From Candidatus Microgenomatus sp. (lineage in GTDB: Bacteria > Patescibacteriota > Microgenomatia > UBA8517), in the NCBI GenBank assembly GCA_020724585.1, contig DYGS01000001.1, positions 422,002-486,001 on the forward strand: DNA of 64,000 nt, read 5' to 3'. Positions 56,735 through 64,000 of the stretch are shown here, in pieces (the stretch's first letter is position 1; every line of letters begins with the position of its first letter). A model generated the notes under the pieces. That model saw nothing but the letters and a program-made list of their open reading frames with translations. It was not told the origin of the DNA and did no database searches. A program made the position numbers and the translations under genes.

Positions 56735-56876
56735 AACAATAAAGTGACCACATAAAAAGGAAAATCACTGTCAAAGACAGTAAAATCTCAGGTCACGAGA
56801 TTTGGCAACAGCCTGATTTTCCTTTTAGTTTTTGACATATCCGTATTTGATGGATAGATAGTAAGTAAATTGCAAA

Positions 56877-57179
56877 ATGAAAAAGAAAATTATATTTCAG
56901 ACAGACTTTGATCAAAATCTCGAAAATCATATTCTTTTGATCTTGTCTGGCACCGATTATGACAACTTTACCTTGAACAACATTGCTTTAGCCCTGGGGA
57001 AAAAATACAAAGAGGGATCCAAAGATTGGAACAAACTAAAACTTCATCTGATGGATATGGAAAGGAAGGGGCTGATTGAAGAAAGGCATTTTGGAAAAGA
57101 GGCTGGAAATTGGGAGGGAATTGTTGACTATGTACTAAAAAACAAGGGGATCAAACGAGTTGGGCAAGTAACAACATAA
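56877..57179 (+). CDS. hypothetical protein (100 aa)
   Basis: ORF. Confidence 0.4.
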   Translation: MKKKIIFQTDFDQNLENHILLILSGTDYDNFTLNNIALALGKKYKEGSKDWNKLKLHLMDMERKGLIEERHFGKEAGNWEGIVDYVLKNKGIKRVGQVTT

Positions 57180-57240
57180 AGCCCGTCCCCCTCTTGACCT
57201 ACGCCTTCAAAAAGTCAATAATAAATAAAGGGGGTTATCA

Positions 57241-57855
57241 ATGGAAAATAAATACAAGTTTTGGCTGTCTGTATTTCTTCTGAGTTTATGCTTCTTGGTT
57301 GTTACACTTTTCTTTTTGATATTTTCCACATATGCGGCAGGGCTTAAACCTGCAATAAGTCTCCGCGACAGATATGTTTCTGTAGTATTTAACATTAGAA
57401 AAGCAATTGGCTATCACGAGGCGGATTTTTGTTGGTATTTTAGAAATCCCATTAGCCCATTAAGGAAAAATGACGATGGTACTTATAATTATGCTCTAAT
57501 GGGCAAGTTGGTAGCAATAGACGCCAATAGCAGTACAATCTCACTTCTTTGCAGTGACGATAAAACTTATAGTTTGTTTCTTCCCCTTGAAAAAACGGAA
57601 TTTGACGGTTGGGTTACAACAAAAGTGGGAGTGAATACCAAATCTCCCAAGCCCAAGGGAAGCCCGTTCATGTTTAATACCCAGGATATAAAGGCAAGCG
57701 TGGATTTTGATCGTTATTTCAAGGAAGATCAGCTATACATGGCGATATGGGTTGACAAAAGAAGCCCCCACGAGATAAACAGGCAGGCAAAATCAAATCC
57801 CAAAAAAACGATAAATACGGCTGAAAATTTTGTTGTGTCTTTGTTGCGCTATTAA
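57241..57855 (+). CDS. membrane-anchored hypothetical protein
   Basis: N-terminal TM helix; ORF. Confidence 0.45.
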   Translation: MENKYKFWLSVFLLSLCFLVVTLFFLIFSTYAAGLKPAISLRDRYVSVVFNIRKAIGYHEADFCWYFRNPISPLRKNDDGTYNYALMGKLVAIDANSSTISLLCSDDKTYSLFLPLEKTEFDGWVTTKVGVNTKSPKPKGSPFMFNTQDIKASVDFDRYFKEDQLYMAIWVDKRSPHEINRQAKSNPKKTINTAENFVVSLLRY

Positions 57856-57860
57856 TAGCC

Positions 57861-59588
57861 ATGAGAAAAACCATTTTGACACTCGTCTTTCTGTTTTTAA
57901 TTATTGTAGTTGGTGCTCTTGTGCCAAAATCTGTCTTTGCTCAACAATACTGCCCAGATGAAAATGCCTGTTTATGTCAACAAATTGGTTACCCAGCCTG
58001 TTGTGAGATTGAAGGTCCAGGGGGATATAACTGTGGTGGGGGTGGTGGGGGAGAACAGTGTGAATGTGGGGTGAATGCGCAGGGGAATTGTAAGCCTTGT
58101 GGTGGGTTTCAATGTCCAACCCCTGTAAATTGTAGTCCTGCGGAAAGGGTGATGACTTATGACATAACCAACATTGATGAGGATTGGAACCCGCGTTGTC
58201 CTGTTGGAACAAGTCAAAGCTATCAATGCACGGATTATGGAACAGATGAAGATGGTAACGAGGTTTGCACTGACGGGAGAGCCATTACTTATGGCTGTTG
58301 CCCAACGGGGACGCAATACCAGTGTCAGGTTGTTGATACGGGCAATAATTACACGATCTATAATTCCTGCCGCAATCCGACAAGATGTTCTGAAGATATT
58401 GATGTCTATCTTTATCATTACGAGGCTCCCAATACTGTTGCAAACAGATGCTATAGCGGGGAAAACGAATCGGGATTTTACTGGGTCTATAATGTGTACA
58501 CCGTCTGTAGGGATTATCAAAGGGTCTGCAACTGCGTGGCAACATGCAATGCCCAGGCTCCTTCAACCCCAATTCTAACAAGCCCCGTTGACGGCGCCAG
58601 CCTGTCAACCACTCCCGTCTCCTTGAATTGGAATGCCGTCTCATCCTGGGGCTTGGCTTGTGCAAACCAGGTAAACAGTTACTCCGTTTATGTGGGGACG
58701 ACCAATCCTCCCATTCCCTATACCAATGTGGGGACGGCAACAAATTACAGTTTTTCAGGCGCTCTCGGAAACACCTACTACTGGTTTGTAAGAGCAAGCA
58801 ACGGTCAGCTTTATACCGATAGTGAGGTAAGAAGTTTTACCATAACCCAGGGTCCCTGGTGGCAGGTCAAAGACGGCGATGTGACGGCAAACGGCGCATT
58901 GGGATCAGATGTACCTGACGGCTCTGTCTTTGCAGATAACGGAGCAGGGGGCTACCCCGGTCTTCCTGTTTATAGCGATTCGTTTAACCTTTCATCAAAT
59001 CCCGCCAAAATTTCAACAACCGGCTGGCAGGCGAATAGCTTAAGCTTTGTCCAAAGACTTTTTAACTTTGACTATTTTGCTAACTTAATTCCTCAAAGTA
59101 TTGTTGTAAACCCTATTGGGGATTTGGCAGGTGGCGGCGTTTCCGATGAAAATGGATATGAATGGTATCGGGTCAACGGCAACTTGGATATCGCATCAAG
59201 CATCAATTTTGGAAACCGTAAGGTTATCGTATTTGTCGAAAACGGCAGTTTGAATTTGGCTGGAAACATCAACTTAAACGACGGAGTTGGCTTTGCGGGA
59301 TTTTTTGTTGAAGGAGGAATAAATATTGATCCCAACATGGCTCAAGTTGCAGGTCCCGAGCTTGAAGGGGTGTATTTAACAAGCGGGCTATTTTCAACCG
59401 GCGCAGGGGATAGCCAGCTTCATATCAGGGGTTCCGTTGCCTCCTATGGAGGTTTTTCCTTGCAAAGAGATTTGATAAACGATTCAGCCGCTCCGGCAGA
59501 ATTGTTTGAATACGGACCGGATCAAATTTTGCTCTTTCCCAACAAGCTTGCCTTTAGACAAAGCAGATGGGTTGAAGTAGCTCCGTGA
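57861..59588 (+). CDS. secreted Cys-rich protein with FN3-like middle domain, GC-rich
   Basis: Signal peptide; about 40 Cys in the first 230 aa (CPDENACLCQQ...CGGGGGGEQCECG); FN3-like TPVSLNWNAV...YYWFVRASNG; GC about 48%. Confidence 0.55.
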   Translation: MRKTILTLVFLFLIIVVGALVPKSVFAQQYCPDENACLCQQIGYPACCEIEGPGGYNCGGGGGGEQCECGVNAQGNCKPCGGFQCPTPVNCSPAERVMTYDITNIDEDWNPRCPVGTSQSYQCTDYGTDEDGNEVCTDGRAITYGCCPTGTQYQCQVVDTGNNYTIYNSCRNPTRCSEDIDVYLYHYEAPNTVANRCYSGENESGFYWVYNVYTVCRDYQRVCNCVATCNAQAPSTPILTSPVDGASLSTTPVSLNWNAVSSWGLACANQVNSYSVYVGTTNPPIPYTNVGTATNYSFSGALGNTYYWFVRASNGQLYTDSEVRSFTITQGPWWQVKDGDVTANGALGSDVPDGSVFADNGAGGYPGLPVYSDSFNLSSNPAKISTTGWQANSLSFVQRLFNFDYFANLIPQSIVVNPIGDLAGGGVSDENGYEWYRVNGNLDIASSINFGNRKVIVFVENGSLNLAGNINLNDGVGFAGFFVEGGINIDPNMAQVAGPELEGVYLTSGLFSTGAGDSQLHIRGSVASYGGFSLQRDLINDSAAPAELFEYGPDQILLFPNKLAFRQSRWVEVAP

Positions 59589-59608
59589 TATAATGTATTA
59601 CTTAAAGT

Positions 59609-59995
59609 ATGAATATAAAACTTGAAAGTCAGGATATTTTAAAATTATCTTCGTCTGATATAAATGGGGTCATTTTGTTTGGATCACAAGCACAAGGCCT
59701 AGCAAATCAAAATAGTGATTTAGATATATTTATTTTAGGCAAAAGAAGCAATACCAAATACGACCTTATTTATGATATCTTTTCCAATAAAGCCGGCAGA
59801 CTTATCAATATCGATATTGTTTTTGAAGACATGGCCACCATGGAATTAATGGTACATGTTGCAAGGCACGGCAAGGTTTTATATCAAAAAAATATAAATG
59901 ATTTTGCAAATTTCAAGGCCAAAGTTATGATCCTTGCCTCGGATTTTGACTATCACAAACAAATTTATACAAAAGAAATCTTTAATAAAATTTGA
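59609..59995 (+). CDS. minimal nucleotidyltransferase (MNT), antitoxin-like
   Basis: GSQAQG...DLDIFIL nucleotidyltransferase motif. Confidence 0.55.
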   Translation: MNIKLESQDILKLSSSDINGVILFGSQAQGLANQNSDLDIFILGKRSNTKYDLIYDIFSNKAGRLINIDIVFEDMATMELMVHVARHGKVLYQKNINDFANFKAKVMILASDFDYHKQIYTKEIFNKI

Positions 59996-60459
59996 AAATG
60001 ACAACATCAACCATAGAAAAAGATATTGTAACCAAACGAATTGCAGGAATTGAGGCAGAAATTTTTGAGCTTCAAAAATTGGCGAGGCAAAAGAAAGAGG
60101 AATTTTCAACCGGACAAGGTTGGAAGCTAGCTCAATTTCATTTGCACAGAGCTCTAGAAGGCGTCTTTAATATTAGTACCCATATTTTATCAAGATTTCC
60201 AGGAACATCGCCGACTCAATATGCCGAAATAGCTAGAAAAATGGGAGAATATGGAATTGTTGATAAAAACTTTGCCGAGGAAAAACTGGTTAAAATGGCA
60301 AAATATAGAAATAGACTTGTACATTTTTATTCGGAAATTAGTGCAAGTGAGTTATACCAGATAATTAATAATAATTTGGCTGATTTTGAAACATTTTTAA
60401 AAGGAATTAAAAAGCTCTTGGAAAATCCAAAAGAATTTGGCTTGGATATAGAGTCTTAG
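59992..60459 (+). CDS. HEPN-domain protein, toxin-like
   Basis: Rx4HxY motif (KYRNRLVHFY); overlaps the MNT gene at ATGA. Confidence 0.55.
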   Translation: MKMTTSTIEKDIVTKRIAGIEAEIFELQKLARQKKEEFSTGQGWKLAQFHLHRALEGVFNISTHILSRFPGTSPTQYAEIARKMGEYGIVDKNFAEEKLVKMAKYRNRLVHFYSEISASELYQIINNNLADFETFLKGIKKLLENPKEFGLDIES

Positions 60460-60953
60460 TAATTTCTTAGACTTATTTCTGTTTGAATTGTAACTTGTGA
60501 ACCCTCTGCTTGTTGATTTAAGGCGTCTCGAGCAGCTATATTTATAATAACCGTCGGCGGATCATTTAAATCCTCCTGCTGGCACGCAAAATTACAACTG
60601 GTAATCAAAATCTGCTCAGATGTTAATCTTGCCGAACCTGAAGCTATATATCCATCTTGACCCAAAAACTGGCAAGAAAACGAAGTTGATATACGATCGC
60701 TTGAAACATAATTTAAAACCTGATTTGATGTATTAGGACAAGGAGAGACACTTTCTGCCCCTCTTAACTGTCTTTCAATCACGGAGACTGCATAGTTCAA
60801 ATTCTCCCGAACCCCTATTTGAGCTTCACTTTTTCTGGCACTTTTTAGAGTTGAAATAATTGAAACAGAAACAATCATTCCAAGAATGGCAAAAACAGAA
60901 ACAACTATTAAAATCTCAATTAAACTCATCCCTGATTTATAATTTTTTGCCAT
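60456..60953 (-). CDS. type IV pilin-like / pseudopilin (SGMSLIEILIV N-terminus)
   Basis: Class III signal-like N-terminus. Confidence 0.5.
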   Translation of the reverse strand: MAKNYKSGMSLIEILIVVSVFAILGMIVSVSIISTLKSARKSEAQIGVRENLNYAVSVIERQLRGAESVSPCPNTSNQVLNYVSSDRISTSFSCQFLGQDGYIASGSARLTSEQILITSCNFACQQEDLNDPPTVIINIAARDALNQQAEGSQVTIQTEISLRNY

Positions 60954-60955
60954 AA

Positions 60956-61432
60956 TTATCTTTCTCTTATATCTGAAAATGTCGTCGTACTTCTGGATTC
61001 GTGGTACCCTTGGGCATCAGTCCAAGAAACTATAACTGTTGCAGATATTTCACTTTTACCTGATATTAAAGCCGTTTCAAGCCTCAAATTCCTTAAAAAA
61101 ATACTTTCTGAAATAAATTCATTTGAAGAGCATGCGCCAACATTTGTCCAGGTCAAGCTATCAAGACAATAAAGAGGGTTTGCCGCATTATTAACAAAGC
61201 TGTTTATATTTTTATCCCTCTCGCTTCTTATCCATTCAATCGCCTCTAAAGCATATTTAGAAGCAAGATTTTTATTTCTTGAAAAGGAAGAATTCCTGAC
61301 CGTATGGGTCGTTAATATAACAATGCCAACAGTTATCAAAGTCATTACACCGAGGGCTAAAACGACCTCAAAAAGACTCCCTCCGGAATACAAATCATAA
61401 ATTTTAAATTTCAAATTTTTAATCAATTTCAA
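60956..61432 (-). CDS. type IV pilin-like protein (GGSLFEVVLAL N-terminus)
   Basis: Prepilin-like cleavage motif with Glu at +5. Confidence 0.5.
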   Translation of the reverse strand: MKLIKNLKFKIYDLYSGGSLFEVVLALGVMTLITVGIVILTTHTVRNSSFSRNKNLASKYALEAIEWIRSERDKNINSFVNNAANPLYCLDSLTWTNVGACSSNEFISESIFLRNLRLETALISGKSEISATVIVSWTDAQGYHESRSTTTFSDIRER

Positions 61433-61433
61433 T

Positions 61434-61901
61434 TTATTTTATTTCCCCTCCAACTCCTATTGTTACCGTAGCTGTATTTCCCGTTGCCTCGGATGTCAAT
61501 GTTATTTGATTACTGGAAGATAAATCAGTGCCAAGGCCTAAAACTTTAAACCTTGTTGAAGAAGTGGTCGAAGATATGCTTATATTGTCATAATTTACGG
61601 TTTTTATTATTCTCACGCCTTCTTGGCAATTTGCCTGAAGTTGATAACTTGAGCTGGAATTTCTGAAAAAGGTATAACCATCAAGCCGAGAGCACAGACC
61701 AAGAGATGGATCCGGTTTTTCCCCAGAAAGAGCCAGTTGTTGTATTCTTCGCAAATCCGAAGTTAATGATTTTAAATAACCCTGAAGTTCTTGTCTTCTT
61801 GAAAATTCACGATAACTTGCGACACCGATTAAAAAAACGATTGCAATAATTGTTGCCCCAACTAAAAGTTCAACTAAAGTAAAGGCCCTCTGCTTGTACA
61901 T
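61434..61901 (-). CDS. type IV pilin/pseudopilin (RAFTLVELLV)
   Basis: Prepilin N-methylation motif. Confidence 0.65.
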   Translation of the reverse strand: MYKQRAFTLVELLVGATIIAIVFLIGVASYREFSRRQELQGYLKSLTSDLRRIQQLALSGEKPDPSLGLCSRLDGYTFFRNSSSSYQLQANCQEGVRIIKTVNYDNISISSTTSSTRFKVLGLGTDLSSSNQITLTSEATGNTATVTIGVGGEIK

Positions 61902-61908
61902 AGATTCA

Positions 61909-62352
61909 TTATGGATTTGTTACTTTATAATTGCAAGTCGTGCCGCAATTTGAAGAACCGCCACAGGTCACACTTCCTGATCCCTGTTCAAGTGAAGCAC
62001 AAAGTTCATATCCACTTCCCGACACGGAGTACCTATAATTTCTGATAGCAGATATCGGGTCTTGCGGAATTAACGATATGTAAGTATTGGAAGCGCTGCA
62101 AGAAGTTGGAGAACCTGATCCTACCAAGTTTCCACCAAATGTTAAACTTGAGGGATAAACATTGCAGTCCGCTCTGTAAAGTTCCAAACCAGATCTGATA
62201 AGCTCAAGGTCGGACTTTCTTCGAGCGTCTCTTGAGGATTCTCGGGCGCCGGCAAGGCCAAAAATCGAAACAGCAACTATTACACCGATTATGGATATTA
62301 CCACCAAAAGTTCAATTAAGGTAAAGGCCTTTAGCATTTGTCTTTTTAGCAT
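61909..62352 (-). CDS. type IV pilin (KAFTLIELLVV; Cys-rich C-terminus)
   Basis: Prepilin motif. Confidence 0.7.
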   Translation of the reverse strand: MLKRQMLKAFTLIELLVVISIIGVIVAVSIFGLAGARESSRDARRKSDLELIRSGLELYRADCNVYPSSLTFGGNLVGSGSPTSCSASNTYISLIPQDPISAIRNYRYSVSGSGYELCASLEQGSGSVTCGGSSNCGTTCNYKVTNP

Positions 62353-62370
62353 TTGTCTTTTTAATTTAAG

Positions 62371-62889
62371 TTATATTGGACAAGTTGATGAACTTGGCGC
62401 TGTTGTTGCTTGCCCGGTCTTGCCATTTGAACATATTATGAAATACTCTGTTGCTGAAACATTTTCAAGTTTGGCCCAAAGAACATAATTTGTTGCAGTT
62501 GCCGTTCCGTTTGAACCGTTACTTATATATCTATAATCAAAAGACGAGTCGGCTGTATTTTTAGAGTCTTGACTGCAGGAAATATCGGGTTCAAGCCTTA
62601 AATTCAAGTCTGAACAAAGAGTTGAGAAAGCAGAAACCGACGATGTCCTTGAAGGAAATAGCCCGTTTGCCAAATTAGCATAAGCCTCTAGGGCATTTTG
62701 GTACTGCCTTAAATCTGATTTTCTGTTTGCGTCTCTTGCCTGTTTTTGCGCACTTGAAAAAGATATCAGAGCCAAAGCCGCCAGAATACCAATTAATGAT
62801 ATTACAACAAGCATTTCTATGAGAGTAAACCCACGCTTAGTATGTTGTATGTTGTATATTGTATATTGGTTTAATTTAGAATTTAGCAT
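62371..62889 (-). CDS. type IV pilin with extended leader ([12 protein letters not shown])
   Basis: Prepilin motif. Confidence 0.7.
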   Translation of the reverse strand: MLNSKLNQYTIYNIQHTKRGFTLIEMLVVISLIGILAALALISFSSAQKQARDANRKSDLRQYQNALEAYANLANGLFPSRTSSVSAFSTLCSDLNLRLEPDISCSQDSKNTADSSFDYRYISNGSNGTATATNYVLWAKLENVSATEYFIICSNGKTGQATTAPSSSTCPI

Positions 62890-62908
62890 TTGTCTTTTTT
62901 AGCATTTG

Positions 62909-63355
62909 TCAGGGACTGACAGTATATTTCCATCCACTAGGACACCAAGTTAAATCGGTTGTTGAAACTCCCTTGTCATCGCTTTTGTTTTCAAGACAAG
63001 CCTCCAGTGTATAATCATCCGAACCTGCACCAGATGAAGTATACCTATACGATTGACCTGTTAATGGATCGTCAGGAAGAGTGTTCATATAAGTAATATT
63101 ATCATTAACCCAGGCCCCACCCCACAAACAGGATCCATCACAGCCCACGATGTTACCCGAACTTGAAGCCGGATAACCGCCATTATCATTATAATAAAGT
63201 CTTAAAGCTGTTTGAATGTTCCTTAGGTCAGATTTTCGTTGCGTATCCCTGGCTCTTTCCCTTGCAGAGTTTAAATTAGCGATAACCAAAGTCGCCAACA
63301 CGCCAATTAAGGAAACGACTACCAGTAGCTCAATCAAAGTAAATGCTTTTTTCAT
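62909..63355 (-). CDS. type IV pilin (KKAFTLIELLVV)
   Basis: Prepilin motif. Confidence 0.7.
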   Translation of the reverse strand: MKKAFTLIELLVVVSLIGVLATLVIANLNSARERARDTQRKSDLRNIQTALRLYYNDNGGYPASSSGNIVGCDGSCLWGGAWVNDNITYMNTLPDDPLTGQSYRYTSSGAGSDDYTLEACLENKSDDKGVSTTDLTWCPSGWKYTVSP

Positions 63356-63801
63356 CTTGACCCCACCTTATATACTAAACCATTTTTGCACCAACGGGTA
63401 TTATCAGTTTTTATTCCGCTTCTATCTTTCAAATTCTCAAGACAAGCTTCAATCGTGTATGATTTTGTTTGCTCATCGTATGAATATAAATAGCTTTGAG
63501 ACGATAGGGGATCATAGGGCATTTTTTCCAAATATCTGATATTTCCATCATCCCAAGGATAACCCCAAATACAGGCCTCTCCGCCACATCCAACAATTCT
63601 ACCAACGCTTGATTTTGGATAAGAATAATTGTTTTTGTAATATTCTGCAAGTCCTTTTTGGATAATAACTAGATCATCTTTTCTCTGACGGTCGCGAAGA
63701 AGCATATCGTTTTTAGGATTAATTTTTTTCCACACAAAAACTGTTGTAAAAATTAAGGATAAAACAGCTATCAAAAATATATACTTTTTATTCATAAACA
63801 T
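63352..63801 (-). CDS. pilin-like paralog with non-canonical N-terminus (signal-anchor)
   Basis: Body homologous to neighbouring pilins (RDRQRKDDLVIIQKGLAEYY versus RDTQRKSDLRNIQTALRLYY). Confidence 0.5.
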   Translation of the reverse strand: MFMNKKYIFLIAVLSLIFTTVFVWKKINPKNDMLLRDRQRKDDLVIIQKGLAEYYKNNYSYPKSSVGRIVGCGGEACIWGYPWDDGNIRYLEKMPYDPLSSQSYLYSYDEQTKSYTIEACLENLKDRSGIKTDNTRWCKNGLVYKVGSR

Positions 63802-64000
63802 CCGTATTTGTACTTGTTACACCAAAATTGGGATTTTGCTCACAATTGCCATCTATGCAGTCTTGGTCTTCAGGATTTTCAAGTTTGGCAAAAAGTTGAA
63901 ATTTTTGATTTGATGAATTGGGTACAATTCTATACTCATAACTATCGTTATTGGCAACAGGATCCGTGGGCATGGTTTTAAAATAAACTGTTTTGCCGTC
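63788..64000 (-). CDS. pilin-like paralog, C-terminal part (N-terminus beyond the window end)
   Basis: Open to the window edge; C-terminal sequence similar to the pilin paralogs. Confidence 0.4.
   Translation of the reverse strand, partial: DGKTVYFKTMPTDPVANNDSYEYRIVPNSSNQKFQLFAKLENPEDQDCIDGNCEQNPNFGVTSTNTDVYE

Noticed and set aside
57901-58822. Multiple 60-180-aa ORFs on both strands (57901..58212, 57972..58520, 58174..58578, 58285..58797, 58628..58822)
   Set aside because: All lie within the GC-rich 57861..59588 gene in other frames. They are Cys, Arg and His-rich low-complexity translations, a typical artefact of GC-rich coding sequence.
1-64000. CRISPR arrays, rRNA genes, recognisable transposase or integrase genes
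   Set aside because: No regularly spaced direct repeats, no rRNA-like conserved segments and no full-length recombinase ORF were seen. Only a possible recombinase tail fragment is present at 18754-19080.

Overview
This is a low-GC (about 33%), gene-dense window whose gene content suggests a small-genome Candidate Phyla Radiation (Patescibacteria) bacterium; that attribution is inference. The evidence is truncated ThrRS and PheT, a short trigger factor and Obg, a DRG-type GTPase, a tandem array of type IV pilin paralogs and a pilM/N/O cluster. Fifteen tRNA genes are present, including five tRNA-Leu isoacceptors. The window carries a translation-gene core (typA, thrS-infC-rpmI-rplT-pheST, tyrS, recG, rpmF, nusB, rnc, rpsP, obg), PBP1A, Y-family polymerase DinB, three clustered NUDIX hydrolases and several alpha/beta hydrolases. 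The features of most interest are: (1) a 1.75-kb GC-rich cargo cassette bounded by 75-bp terminal inverted repeats with no transposase (5876-7624); (2) four tRNA genes preceded by a direct duplicate of their own 5' end, three of them sharing the conserved spacer AGCAAAGCTTGG(C/T)CA; (3) a GC-rich trpS plus DMT-transporter island next to tRNA-Trp; (4) a 114-bp hairpin-rich element present twice in inverted orientation 6.3 kb apart, one copy in frame inside a DUF192 gene; (5) a candidate terminator/antiterminator switch and a promoter-to-terminator small-RNA candidate; (6) a GC-rich accessory patch encoding a Cys-rich secreted protein, followed by a MNT-HEPN pair, next to the pilin array. No rRNA genes and no CRISPR arrays were seen. 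All product calls rest on motifs read by eye in the translations and have not been checked against databases.
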